Shown: positions 24,101 to 36,473, counted from the stretch's first letter. The stretch is DNA of 64,000 nucleotides from Eledone cirrhosa (GCA_964016885.1 OZ024758.1:27900001-27964000), one strand, 5' to 3'. Made by a program: numbers and translations. Notes: generated by a model not told the origin, from the letters alone.

Positions 24101-27100
24101 TGATAGCATGGAAAAGTGGACGTTAAACAATGATGATGCTGATTTACACGTTTGCTGTGTGTGTCCTGTTTAGAATAGGTATACCTTACCTCTGTGTGTC
24201 CTGTTTAGAATAGGTATAGCTTACCTCCATGTGTCCTGTTTAGAATAGGTATACCTTACCTCCATGTGTCCTGTTTAGAATAGGTATAGCTTACCTCCAT
24301 GTGTCCTGTTTAGAATAGGTATACCTTACCTCCATGTGTCCTGTTTAGAATAGGTATACCTTACCTCCGTGTGTCCTAAGAAGAGAATAGGTATAGCTTA
24401 CCTCCATGTGTCCTGTTTAGAATAGGTATAGCTTACCTCCATGTGTCCTGTTTAGAATAGGTATAGCTTACCTCCATGTGTCCTGTTTAGAATAGGTATA
24501 GCTTACCTCCATGTGTCCTGTTTAGAATAGGTATACCTTACCTCCATGTGTCCTGTTTAGAATAGGTATACCTTACCTCCGTGTGTCCTAAGAAGAGAAT
24601 AGGTATAGCTTACCTCCATGTGTCCTGTTTAGAATAGGTATACCTTACCTCCGTGTGTCCTGTTTAGAATAGGTATACCTTACCTCCGTGTGTCCTGTTT
24701 AGAATAGGTATACCTTACCTCCGTGTGTCCTGTTTAGAATAGGTATAGCTTACCTCCATGTGTCCTGTTTAGAATAGGTATAGCTTACCTCTGTGTGTCC
24801 TGTTTAGAATAGGTATAGCTTACCTCCATGTGTCCTGTTTAGAATAGGTATAGCTTACCTCCATGTGTCCTGTTTAGAATAGGTATAGCTTACCTCCATG
24901 TGTCCTGTTTAGAATAGGTATACCTTACCTCCGTGTGTCCTGTTTAGAATAGGTATAGCTTACCTCCATGTGTCCTGTTTAGAATAGGTATAGCTTACCT
25001 CCATGTGTCCTGTTTAGAATAGGTATACCTTACCTCTGTGTGTCCTGTTTAGAATAGGTATAGCTTACCTCCGTGTGTCCTGTTTAGAATAGGTATAGCT
25101 TACCTCCATGTGTCCTGTTTAGAATAGGTATAGCTTACCTCCATGTGTCCTGTTTAGAATAGGTATAGCTTACCTCCATGTATCCTGTTTAGAATAGGTA
25201 TACCTTACCTCTGTGTGTCCTGTTTAGAATAGGTATAGCTTACCTCCGTGTGTCCTGTTTAGAATAGGTATAGCTTACCTCCATGTGTCCTGTTTAGAAT
25301 AGGTATAGCTTACCTCCATGTGTCCTGTTTAGAATAGGTATAGCTTACCTCCATGTGTCCTGTTTAGAATAGGTATACCTTACCTCTGTGTGTCCTGTTT
25401 AGAATAGGTATAGCTTACCTCCGTGTGTCCTGTTTAGAATAGGTATAGCTTACCTCCGTGTGTCCTAAGAAGAGAATAGGTATACCTTACCTCTGTGTGT
25501 CCTGTTTAGAATAGGTATACCTTACCTCTGTGTGTCCTGTTTAGAATAGGTATAGCTTACCTCCGTGTGTCCTAAGAAGCGATAAAAGGTTTGGCACCAG
25601 GAAAGATATCCTGCTATAGAATATTGCCTCAAAAAGAACCCCATGATGAGTATGGAGCCTGTTATGGGGCTTACAAGGCTAACCCCTGCTTTAGCAGAGA
25701 GAATGGCCTTAAAAAGTTTCATCATCACCATTTTACATCCGTTCTTCCACGCTAGCATGGGTTAGACGGGTTGTCCTGTTGTAGGCAGTGTCCCGTCGGC
25801 TGATCTTGTCTTGCTCATACGGGAACTGATGCTGGCTTGATTTCTACAGCTGGATGCCCTTCCTAATGCCAACCTCATTTACAGTGAGTGTTGGGTGCTT
25901 TTTTGCCGTGGCACCTACATGTCCACTTTACAGAGTGGACTGGGTGCTTTTTTTTCCGTGGTGCCTACACATCCACTTTACAGTGTGGGCTGGGTGCTTT
26001 TTTGCCGTGGTACCTCCACGACCACTTTGCAGTGGGAGGGTGTGGGGGACATATTGTCTATATGCTTCAGCTTCGGCTTGTACCTGTGGGGCGGGGGGAG
26101 GGGGTCTTCTGTATTACTGCGTGACACCAGAGGTCACGGTTTCTTATTTGTATTTAAATATTTACATAATTTTTCCATAGTTCTGCTGGACAAGTTTATA
26201 AATGTGTCTACAAGTGTCTAGGTGGTTTTATTGATGATGATAATGATGATGATGATGATTGTTTGTTACAAAGTCTAAAGTCTGTCTCGAGCCCGGAGGC
26301 TCCTCAGACCGGTGTTTATCCTGGTTCCATGGCAACAAGAGACTGAGAGTACAAGACTTTAACCTGGACAAGATGCCAGTCCATCGCAGGGTTAAACCCC
26401 CAGCTATTACTGGTACTCACTTACAGTTGAGTATACTGGAGCAACGTGAAATGAAGTGTTTTGCTCAAGAACACAACACACAACCCAGTCTCGGAATCAA
26501 ACCCACAACATTATGATTATAAGTTCAACACCCTCACCATTAGGCCATGTGCCTCTACATATATTTATTAGTAAGATATGTAATGAAGATGGTGATATGT
26601 TTAAATATGACCTTGGGGAACAAAAGTTGTGATCTAAAAGCGAAAACGTGTTTCGTTTCTCAACCTATTCATGCTTATGGAAGTAATTCTATACCACATG
26701 TCACCACCATAAATGAAACTTAAGGGTCAGTTCGCCACCTGGTCCCGGCCAACAGGATGGAGAAGACTTTGACCTGGAATACGGTGTGGGAAACACACTG
26801 GAACAGCCACTGTACCTTGTGGGGTTCATACTTGCTGAGCTCGCACTTGTGGGTAGTCAAATCAGCTCCTATAGCCATGAGTAGGGATTGTTGTATTTGA
26901 GATTTATTTCTAAATGGAACACAAAGATGTCAGCCAAACAACAATTCATCTCTGACTGATCTTTTAAGACCTACACACTGATCCTCTCTCGATAATGGGT
27001 TTTTAAACCCGAAAATATTTGAGATAATTAAATTTGCTAAGGTAAAATTCTATTGTCTTCATTCTTTCCTCTATAACATCTATTATCTTGGCATCTTTAA

Positions 27101-27382
27101 TCTTCTATGCATTGTAGGGCTTTTAAACTTATTTAAATTTGTATTTCCTATTTCACAATGCTTCAAGCAAACTACAACACTCTATTATCATAATTATTAA
27201 ATCTATTTAATGCTTCCCGAAATACGCCAAAACTACACCTGATGTACCCCTTCCATACACATGCACACGTGTGTATCATGACTCGTGCACTGTTCATTTT
27301 CCTGATGTTTGTGCATTGCCCTATGTACTGTACATGCACTTTTTGATGAGTTGTGGTGCACCTGGGCACTGTACACAATATT

Positions 27383-27415
<33 letters not shown>

Positions 27416-30400
27416 CATGACTCATACACTGTTCATTTTCCTGACATTTGTACATTATTCTATGTACTATACATGCACCTTTGATGAGTTGTAGTGCACC
27501 TGAGCACTGTACACAATAATTTCATTATTAAATCTATTTCACAGTTAATTCTGTCTGCTTTGCTCCTCATGAATTTGGCCTGATGTTGGCGTGCGCAAGT
27601 TCAGATGGTTCCATCTCAATTGTTTCTAGTCAAGGCAAGTTTATCTCTTCTGTAATTCTTTTTTTTTTTTCTCACCTTGTTGCTTTGTTATTTTCACTTC
27701 TTCTTCGCCCACTTATTCCTGAGAGGCGTCGTGGGGGCAGAGTCCTTCTCAAACACTCCTTCCATTGGGTCCTGTTAGAAACAACTATCTCCAACTGATC
27801 CAGCTGGATCCCCAAGTGTGACCAGCCAAGCTCATGGATGTTATCCAACCACCTTGCTTGTGATCTACCCCCCTGGGTATCTTGCTGGGTATCTTGCTGG
27901 TTGGTTTTGCCCGTAAAATCAGTCCAGCAAATCTTTCCTGAGACATTCTAACCACATGCCTATAGTATCGGAGCTGTGATCTCTCAATTTGGAGAAGTAG
28001 TGGCTCTACCTGAAGTGACTCAAGCAATTCTTTCCTGAGACATTCTAACCACATGTCCATAGTATCGGAGCTGTGATCTCTCAATTTGGAGAAGTAGTGG
28101 CTCTACCTGAAGTGACTCAAGCAATTCTTTCCTGAGACATTCTAACCACATGTCCATAGTATCGGAGCTGTGATCTCTCAACTTGGAGAAGTAGTGGCTC
28201 TACCTGAAGTGACTCAAGCAATTCTTTCCTGAGACATTCTAACCACATGTCCATAGTATCGGAGCTGTGATCTCTCAATTTGGAGAAGTAGTGGCTCTAC
28301 CTGAAGTGACTCAAGCAATTCTTTCCTGAGACATTCTAACCACATGTCCATAGTATCGGAGCTGTGATCTCTCAATTTGGAGAAGTAGTGGCTCTACCTG
28401 AAGTGACTCAAGCAATTCTTTCCTGAGACATTCTAACCACATGTCCATAGTATCGGAGCTGTGATCTATCTCTCAATTTGGAGAAGTAGTGGCTCTACCT
28501 GAAGTGACTTTCTGATCTCTGAATTATGCACTTTATCGAGTAACATTACTCCAAAGATTCTTCAGAAGAACCTCATTTCGGCCACTTGTATTCACAATTG
28601 TATTCTTTCGGTCACTACCCAAGATTCAGGACCATAGGTAAGGGTTGGCATGAATACTGAAGCTGGCACATTACTGTTATTTTCAGGGCGGGGAATTGGC
28701 AGTATCGGTAGAGAGTCGGACGCCATGCTTTCTAGCATAGTTACGTCCCTTTACAGTCTGAGTTCAAATCCCGCAGAGGTTAACTTTGCCTTTCATCCTT
28801 ACGGGGTCGATAAAATAAAGTACCAGTAATGTACTGGGTGATTGCTGGCCTTGTGCCTAAAGTAGAAACAATTACTGTTATTTTCACGTTTTTCTTAAAT
28901 TTATTTTGCAGGTGAGGGAGACTGGGACACAAAGAAAATCATGAATGCTCATTCAGTAAGTTGTTAATTTTATACTGTTATCTTATTCTGTTACAGGCAG
29001 TTAGTTAATTAGGTTAAGGTGAAGACTTGTTATTGGTTTCTGCTTGGTTGGTGAGTGTATATGAAGGCATATATGATATGTCTTTGAATAATAGACATTT
29101 ATTTATTTTGTGTGTTTTTAATGGTTTTCTGCATGAATCATCATCATCGTTTAACATCCATTTTCCACACTAGCATGGGTAGGACGGCTGTCCCTTTGTT
29201 AGAAATCAGGTCTGGGGACAGTTTTTTGCTCACACAGAACTGATTTTGTTTGGTTTCTACTACTGGATGCCCTTCCTAATGCCAACCACATTTACAGTGT
29301 GGACTGGGTGTTTTTTCTTGTGACACACGACCACTCTACAGTGTGGACTGGGTGTTTTTTGTTGTGGCTCCTACACAACCACATTTACAGTGTGGACTAG
29401 GTGTTTTTTGTTGTGACACCTACAAGACCACTTTACAGTGTGGACTGGGCTCTGCCGCCCGTCATAAACACATTACATATCAATGCTTGTGCAAACGACT
29501 TTCTCTCTTGAACATATCTGACTCCTCATGTGATGGTTGCTGGAATAGACTTATAGCAGATTTATATGAAATGGATGTTAATATTTTCTGTATAGATTAC
29601 ACAGTAGAGGGTAGCAGAGTGTTGGAGAGAGAAAGAGCATGACTTAGTGGTTAGAGCATGGGCTTGCAATCGAAAGGTTGTGAGTTCAATTCTCGGACCG
29701 GGTGATGTGTTGTTTCCTTGATCAAGACACTTTACTTCACATTACTCCAGTTTACTCAGCTGTAGAAATGAGACGATAGAACTTGGGTCCCTATCATTCC
29801 ACTGTAAAGTGGACGTGGAGGTGCCACGGCAAAAAAGCACCCAGCCCACACTGTAAAGTGGACGTGTAGACGCCATGGAAAAAAAAGCACCCAGCACTCA
29901 CTGTAAATGAGGTTGGTGTTAGGAAGAGCATCCAGCTGTAGAAATCAAGCCAGAATCAGTTCCCGTATGAGCAAGACAAGGTCAGCCGACCGGACACTGC
30001 CCACAACAGGACAACCCGTCTAACCCATGCTAGTGTGGAAGAACGGACGTAAAACGGTGATGATGATGATGAAAGAGAAAGATGGAGAAAGTGAAATCAG
30101 TTATGTTTGTAAAGTCAGATGACGTTTGTTTACTGTATATGGGTCAATTAGCAACAATAAACTAGGCGGTGGATTGGCAGTATCGGTAGAGTGTCGGACG
30201 CCATGCTTTGACGCATAGAGTTACGGCCCTTGCCATTCTGAGTTCAAATCCCGCCGAGGTTAACTTTGCTTTTCATCCTTACGGGTTCGATAAAATAAAA
30301 GAAGACGATCGACTTTCGTCAAATCGGACCGAGGGAACAATGTTTCCGTTGGTCTTTCCAATTGCTAATACTTGTTTCTACTTTAGGCACAAGGCCAGCA

Positions 30401-33400
30401 ATTACCCAGTGCATTAGAAATCAAGCAATGTCCGGTCTTGCTCATACGGGAACTGATTCTGGCTTGATTGCTAATACTATCTATCGGTCGCAACTCCAGG
30501 TAGAAGGAGCAACGTGAAATAAAGTGTCTTGCTCAAGGACATAACGCATCGCCTGGTCCAGGAATCGAACTGACAACCTTACAATTGCGAATCCAATTCT
30601 CTAACCACTCAGCCACATGCCTTCACTAAAGTACCAGTAATACACTGGGTAATTGCTGGCCTTGTGCCAAAAGTAGAAACAATTATTATTCACTCGTGAA
30701 TACTTTGAGGTATCCACCATGTTAAGAGCGAAAACAAATTTTATTTTTAATAAATTTTTGTATTTGCTTATATTTTTGTAATAATTTATTCTCTCTATAT
30801 ATGGAAGTTTTCCATTTTTAATTTCATTCTTATATTTTTCAGAGTGGCTGTAATGCTGTCTCCTGGGCCAATGCTATTGCACCAAGTTCTCTGGTAGAAC
30901 AAACAAATCGGCAGCAGGCTTGCAAACGGTTTGTTTCAGGTGGTTGCGATAATCTTGTTAAAATCTGGAAGTAAGTCTCAAAGAAATTTCACTCTCTTAT
31001 ATTTCTTTAACCCTTTGGCATTCACATTACTCTATATTTACTATTGTATTTTCTTGGTAAGGCTTTATCTTACATAATTATCTCACATAATATTGAATCT
31101 CTGAGATTTTGATATTTATTTTGAGAACAATACCTTAACATAAGTATGAGCAGCCGGTTATGGCTAGTTTGAACAGAAAGATGTGAGAGAATTCTGGCCG
31201 GATATGGCCTGTTTAAATGCTAAAGGGTTAAATGATTTGCTTAATCTGCTAAACAAATGGGTAATTAGTCTGGTGGTCACCAAGAAGACAGAGTGTAAGT
31301 GAATAGTTTATTAGAACTATGCAAGCTATTTATAGGTGGTGGCAAATTGGCAGAGTCAGTAGAACATTGGATAGAATGCTTTGCAGTATTTGTTTCCGCT
31401 CTGTTCTCTGAGTTCAAATCCTGCCGAGATCAACTTTGCCTTTCATCCATTCAAGGTTGATAAAAAATGTATCAATCAGGTACTGGGATTGATTCTTCCT
31501 CTATATCGGGTGCTTTTTGTCATGTCACCAACATGACCACTTTAAGGAGTGGACAGATGCTTTTTGTCATGTCACCAACACGACCATTTTACAGTGTGGA
31601 CCAGATACTTTTTGTCATGTCACCCACATGACAACTTTAAGGAGTGGACCAGATGCTTTTTGTCATGTCACCAACTGACCACTTTACAATGTGGACCAAA
31701 TGCTTTTTGTCATGTCACCAACTGACCACTTTACAATGTGGACCAAGTGCTTTTTGTCATGTCACCAACTCAACCACTTTAAGGAGTGGACCAGATACTT
31801 TTTGTCATGTCACCAACACAGTGACACAGTGACTTTACAATATGGACCAAGTGCTTTTTGTCATGACACCAACACGACCACTTTACAGTGTGGACTGGAT
31901 GCTTTTTGTCATGTCACCAACACGACCACTTTACAGTGTGGACTGGGTGCTTTTTGTCATGTCACCAACACGATTTTTCAATAATTATTTATTCGTTTAT
32001 AAGATTTGATTTATACTTATCTTTCCTTTACTTGAATGAATATATATTTTATTTATTACTATCCAGAGAGTCTGAAGATGGACAATGGGTTTCTGAACAG
32101 AAACTAGAAAGTCATAATGATTGGGTAAGAGATGTTGCTTGGGCTCCTTCAATTGGTCTCCCTAAAAGTATTATTGCCAGCTGTTCCCAGGTACGTTTTC
32201 TCTACATGGATTTTTTAGATTTAATTAATCCTTTATCATTTATATTACTATATATTTACTATTGTATTTTCACAGTAAACACTTTTCCTCACAAAATTAT
32301 CTCACATAATATTGAATCTACAAGATTTTGATATTATTTATTTTGAGAACAATACCTTCAAAGTACGAACTGCCAATTACGGCTGGTTTGAACAGAAAAA
32401 GGTGAGAGAATTCTGCCCGGATACGATCAGGTTAAATGCTAATGGGTTGACCCTTTAGTGTTCAAACCGGCCAGAATTCTCTATCTCTCTCTGTTGAAAC
32501 TGGCTGTAACCGGTTGCTCAAACTGATGTTAAGGTATTGTTCTCAAAATAAATACTTTCAAAATCTCATAGATTCGATATTATGTGAGGTAAAGCCTTTA
32601 CCATGAAAATATAATAGTATATATAGAGTAATGTGAATGCTAAAGGGTTAAATTCACATCAATTCTTTTTAATGATAAATGTATAATAGAATGGGGAGCT
32701 TCTTCTCTTCTTCTTTGCACACTTATTCCTGGGAGGGTCTTCAAACACTCCTTTCAGCGGGTCCTGCCAGAAACAACTGTTTCCAACTGATCCGGCTGGA
32801 TCTCCAAGTGTGACCAACCAAGCTCATAGCTGTTATCCAACCATTTTGGGGTTTACCCCTGGGTCTCCCACTGGTTGGTTTTACCCGTAAAATTGAATGG
32901 AGAGCTGAAATGGTAAAATGGATAATATAGTGCACTGTTTGATCATTATTCTTGAAATCAACACTTTTGAACAAATAGTGCAATAGACTGGTGTAAATTC
33001 TTGTTATCTTATTGTGATGAGTGCTAACTTAAATACTGTAAGGTTTCTTTTCAAATCATTTTTACTATGTAAGGTATTTACTTACTTGAAGACTATATTT
33101 TTAAAAAATGAATCTCATGTATACTACTAATATTGAATGTATACTACTAATATTGAATAACAAATTCCAGTTTTCTTAAAACAACCACCTATGTCTCAAA
33201 ATAGCATTTTAAGTTAATGTATCAAATTACTTTCATTTAACCCTTTAGCATTTGCTTTACTCTATATTTAGTATTGTATTTTCATGGTAAAGGTTTTACT
33301 TCACATAATATCGAATCTATGAGATTTTGATGTTATTCATTTTGAGAACAATACCTTAATATTGGATGAGCAGCTGGTTACAGCCAGTTTGAATAGAAAG

Positions 33401-36397
33401 AGATGAGAGAATTCTGGCTGGATATAGCCAGTTTAAGTGCTAAAGGGTTAAACCATTAGAACATCTTGGAAAGTTGATTTATTCCTTGCATAAAAATAAT
33501 AAAGAAGGAATAATAGCAAGGAAATCATTTTAAGATATTAATAATGTATCTTCTTAATTCTTTGAAACATAATTTTGTTTTATAATTCTTTTATACTTTT
33601 ACTTGTTTCACTCATTAGACTGTGGCCATGCTGTGGTGTATAGTTTTTAAATAATGCTTTGATTTATTTAAAAAAACATTTATTTTTATGTCTTTCAGGA
33701 TGGTTCTGTGGTAATTTGGACTAATGATGGTAGTGCCAATGTATGGACACCCAAAATATTATTCCAGTTCAATGATGTTGTTTGGCATGTAAGTTGGTCT
33801 GTGACAGGCAATATTCTTGCTGTATCAGGTGGAGATAACAAGGTATGTGTTTTATTTGCTTAATTTATTTTGTAGGTTAACTAATTATTATATATTAACC
33901 CTTTAGCATTTACATTACACTATATTTACTATTATAGTTTCATGGTAGTTTACTTCACATAATTATCTCATACAATATCGAATCTATGAGATTTTGATAT
34001 TATTCCTTTTGAGAACAATACCTTAACAACAGTTTGAACAGAAAGAGGTGAAAGAATTCTGGCCGGATATGGCCAGTTTAAATGCTAAAGGGTTAAAGCA
34101 GAGACCATAGAACCACCTCTTAAACATTCCATTTTCCATAAAAATAAAAATAGTGAGGTACAATGTTAAAAATATATTTTAGTATTTTAACATTTTTAAT
34201 ATATATATATATATATACACATACAAACACACATGATGGTGAGTACGGTGTGATCCTCCATGCATGAAAATATTCTTGCATTATGAAGTATTTTACTGAT
34301 TAATAAGAAAGCTAACACCCCTTCCGATGTTAGCATGGGAGTGAGCGACTCTGCAGAGATAAGTGATCTTGTGCGTCTATACATCCCACAAAAACTTTAT
34401 ATATATATTTGTGTGTATGTCATCATCATCATCATTTCATTTTACGTCCACTTTTCCCTGCTTGCATGGGTGGGATGGGAACTGATTCTGGCTTGATTTC
34501 TACAGCTGGATGCCCTTCCTAACACCAACCTCATTTACAGTGACTGCTGGGTGCTATTTTGCCGTGGCACTTTCACGACCACTTTACAGTGGAATGATAT
34601 GGACCCCAGTCCCTATCATCTCATTTCTACAGCTGAGTAAACTGGAGCAATGTGAAATAAAGTGTCTTGCTCAAGGAAACAACACATCACCTGGTCTGAA
34701 TTGAACTCACAACCTTTCGATTGCAAGGCCAATGCTCTAACCACTAAGCCATGTGCCTCCATCTATATATAGATGGAGGCACATGGCTCAGTGGTTAGAG
34801 CATTGGCCTTGCAATTGAAAGGTTGTGAGTTCAATTCTCAGACCGGACAGGGTGATGTGTTGTTTCCTTGAGCAAGACACTTTATTTCACATTGCTCCAG
34901 TTTACTCAGCTGTAGAAATGAGATGATAGGGACTGGGGTCCATATCATTCCACTGCAAAGTGGTCGTGGAGGTGCCACGGCAAAAACGCACCCAGCAGTC
35001 ACTGTAAATGAGGTTGGTGTTAGGAAGGGCATCCAGCTGTAGAAATCAAGCCAGAATCAGTTCCCGTCCCACCCTTGCAAGCAGGGAAAAGTGGACGTAA
35101 AATGAAATGATGATGAAATGATGATATATAATATATACAGACACACATGATGGTGAGTACGGTGTGATCCTCCATGCATGGAAACATTCTTGCACTATGA
35201 AGTATTTTACTGATTAATAAGAAAGCTAACACCCTGATGTTAGCATGGGAGTGAGCGACTCTGCAGAGATAAGTGATCTTGTGCGTCTATACATCCCACA
35301 AAAACTTTATATATATATTTGTGTGTATGTCATCATCATATATAAATAGATACATACAGTATATACATGCATGCTTCTTTTTATTTGCCTCTTGCCTTCA
35401 CCCTATCCCACCTAAAAACAACTCTGTAGTCCTTGTGGATTGGCAGTATCGGTAGAGTGTCGGACGCCATGCTTTCCAGCATAGTTACGTCCCTTTACGA
35501 TCTGAGTTCAAATCCCGCCGAGGTTGACTTTGCCTTTCGTCCTTACGGGGTCAATAAAATAAAGTACCAGTAATGCACTGGGTAATTGCTGGCCTTGTGC
35601 CTAAAGTAGAAACAATTATTAGGGACACCATGCTAGGGCGGTGGATTGGCAGTATCGGTAGAGGGTCGGACACCATGCTAGGGTGGTGGATTGGCAGTAT
35701 CAGTAGAGGGTCGGACGCCTTGCTTTCCAGCATAGAGTTATGGCCCTTTCCATTCCGAGTTCAAATCCCGCTGAGGTCAACTTTCCCTTTCATCCTTACG
35801 GGGGTCGATAAAATAAAGTACCAGTAATGTACTGGGTAATTGCTGGCCTTGTGCCAAAAGTAGAAACAATTATTATTAGGGACAGTGGTTTGGTAGTATC
35901 GGTAGAGAATTGGGCAGCATACAGTTCTTTATGTTCTGAGGTTAGCTTTGCTTTTCATCCTTTCGGGGTTGATAAAATAAAGTACCAGTAACACACTGGT
36001 GTTGATTTAACCCTTTAGCATTTACATTACTTTATATTTTCAATTGTGTTTTCATGGTAAAGGCTTTATCTCACATAGTATCAAAAGCTATGAAATTTTG
36101 ATGTTATTTATTTCGCAAACAATACCTTAACATAAGTATGAGCAGCTGATTACAGCTGGTTTGAGCAAAGAAAGTGAGAGAATTCTGGCCAGATATGGGT
36201 GGTTTAAATGCTAAAGGGTTAATCGACTTTCCTCTCCCCGAAAATTGTTGGCCTTGTGCCTAAATCAGAAGCCATAATTATAATTACTTTTTTTTTTTTT
36301 TTTACAGGTAACACTTTGGAAAGAGACATTGGAAGGTGAATGGGTCTGTATTAGTGATGTATCTAAAGGTCAAGGCCAGTTAAAATCATCGAGCTAA
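15141..36397 (+). CDS. SEC13: Protein SEC13 homolog (COPII/nucleoporin/GATOR2 WD40 protein), 10 coding exons, 311 aa
   Basis: Spliced by hand: 15141-15143, 17420-17464, 20763-20878, 23625-23776, 27545-27634, 28912-28955, 30843-30970, 32067-32190, 33699-33842, 36308-36397 = 936 nt with no internal stop. Translates [40 protein letters not shown]...[29 protein letters not shown], a clear Sec13. Confidence 0.97.
15651..15766. repeat. Perfect inverted repeat, 55-bp arms and 6-nt loop, next to (TA)n
   Basis: ataggaacc...ctaattc tggact gaattag...ggttcctat. Confidence 0.9.
15968..16075. repeat. 21-bp tandem repeat, 5 copies
   Basis: aaacYagtcatcaatatatat. Confidence 0.9.
17420..17464 (+). CDS. SEC13: SEC13 exon 2 ([15 protein letters not shown])
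   Basis: ccttttag|GTATCT...ATGATT|gtgagt, 45 nt. Confidence 0.95.
17517..17738. mobile_element. TTAA MITE (~220 bp)
   Basis: ttaa|ccctttaacatt...aatgctaaaggg|ttaa. Other copies: 31007-31231, 32225-32450, 32447-32651, 33237-33451, 33895-34096, 36007-36222, 43371-43571, 43874-44319, 63091-63306. Confidence 0.85.
18595..19000 (+). mobile_element. tRNA-headed composite SINE (family B) with RTE-like (GAT)n tail
   Basis: ggcacatggcttagtggttagagc head, cttgagcaagacacttt core, aaggcatccagctg segment. Copies at 20283-20600, 25720-26140(-), 26275-26557(-), 29635-30070, 34420-35123, 40848-41180, 41445-41800(-), 46474-46620 and 60890-61070(-). Confidence 0.85.
20763..20878 (+). CDS. SEC13: SEC13 exon 3 (HDAQMDYYG...ADLK)
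   Basis: ctcttcag|CATGAT...AAAGC|gtaagt, 116 nt. Confidence 0.96.
20920..21122. mobile_element. Mariner/Tc1-type MITE
   Basis: TIRs agggtcagctgaaatgttcataggctgac / gtcagcctatgaacttttcagccaacct; copies at 22770-22957 and 63487-63685. Confidence 0.75.
21160..21765 (+). mobile_element. Helitron-like element with nested SINE fragment
   Basis: Starts in (TA)n followed by gtctgtttgtttgt; ends gcagcaaggcactggtaattcggCTAG|t. Confidence 0.5.
21840..21897 (-). ncRNA. Minimal type I hammerhead ribozyme motif (Penelope-like)
   Basis: - strand: ATAC; CTGATGA; stem II accggattc/gaacccggt; GAAA; TGATCA palindrome; TA; GTAT; then AATAAA. Confidence 0.75.
23085..23570 (+). mobile_element. Dispersed Helitron-like repeat; inverted copy at 45030-45590
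   Basis: ORFs 23387..23572 and 45030..45212 are near-identical, and the flanks align too. Confidence 0.7.
23625..23776 (+). CDS. SEC13: SEC13 exon 4 ([16 protein letters not shown]...HDSS)
   Basis: ctctttag|CCATGA...TTCAG|gtaaaa, 152 nt. Confidence 0.96.
24158..25578. repeat. 35-bp minisatellite, about 40 copies, in SEC13 intron 4
   Basis: Unit gtgtcctgtttagaataggtatagcttacctccat; recurrent cctaagaag variant. Confidence 0.97.
27545..27634 (+). CDS. SEC13: SEC13 exon 5 ([29 protein letters not shown]), GC donor
   Basis: tttcacag|TTAATT...CAAG|gcaagt, 90 nt. Confidence 0.92.
27700..28660 (-). mobile_element. RTE-like LINE 3' fragment containing a 97-bp tandem repeat (about 6 copies, 27934-28508)
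   Basis: [15 protein letters not shown] motif in ORF 27785..28084; homologous pieces at 32700-32890 and 60465-60645. Confidence 0.75.
28912..28955 (+). CDS. SEC13: SEC13 exon 6 ([14 protein letters not shown])
   Basis: ttttgcag|GTGAGG...ATTCA|gtaagt, 44 nt. Confidence 0.93.
30843..30970 (+). CDS. SEC13: SEC13 exon 7 (SGCNAVSWA...[10 protein letters not shown])
   Basis: tttttcag|AGTGGC...TGGAA|gtaagt, 128 nt. Confidence 0.96.
31508..31972. repeat. ~39-40 bp tandem repeat derived from the SINE internal segment
   Basis: About 12 copies of ccactttacagtgtggaccagatgctttttgtcatgtcaccaa. Confidence 0.85.
32067..32190 (+). CDS. SEC13: SEC13 exon 8 (ESEDGQW...[17 protein letters not shown]...SCSQ)
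   Basis: tatccag|AGAGTC...CCCAG|gtacgt, 124 nt; visible inside ORF 31888..32331. Confidence 0.96.
33699..33842 (+). CDS. SEC13: SEC13 exon 9 (DGSVVIW...[18 protein letters not shown])
   Basis: tctttcag|GATGGT...ACAAG|gtatgt, 144 nt. Confidence 0.96.
34228..35339. repeat. Direct repeat (~200 bp) flanking a ~700 bp SINE palindrome
   Basis: A(34228-34430) - SINE(-) - atctatatatagat - SINE(+) - A(35141-35339). Confidence 0.9.
36308..36397 (+). CDS. SEC13: SEC13 exon 10 (terminal, TAA stop)
   Basis: poly-T tract then acag|GTAACA...AGCTAA. Confidence 0.95.
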   Translation, partial: VTLWKETLEGEWVCISDVSKGQGQLKSSS

Positions 36398-36473
36398 ACT
36401 TCATTATATGAACATTTCAAAACATACGAGTATAAAATATAAAAAAAAATATATATGTATGGATTTAGGTCCA

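Noticed and set aside
29635-29705. tRNA genes (here and at other SINE heads)
   Set aside because: A/B boxes are present, but each continues into a SINE body and lacks a full cloverleaf
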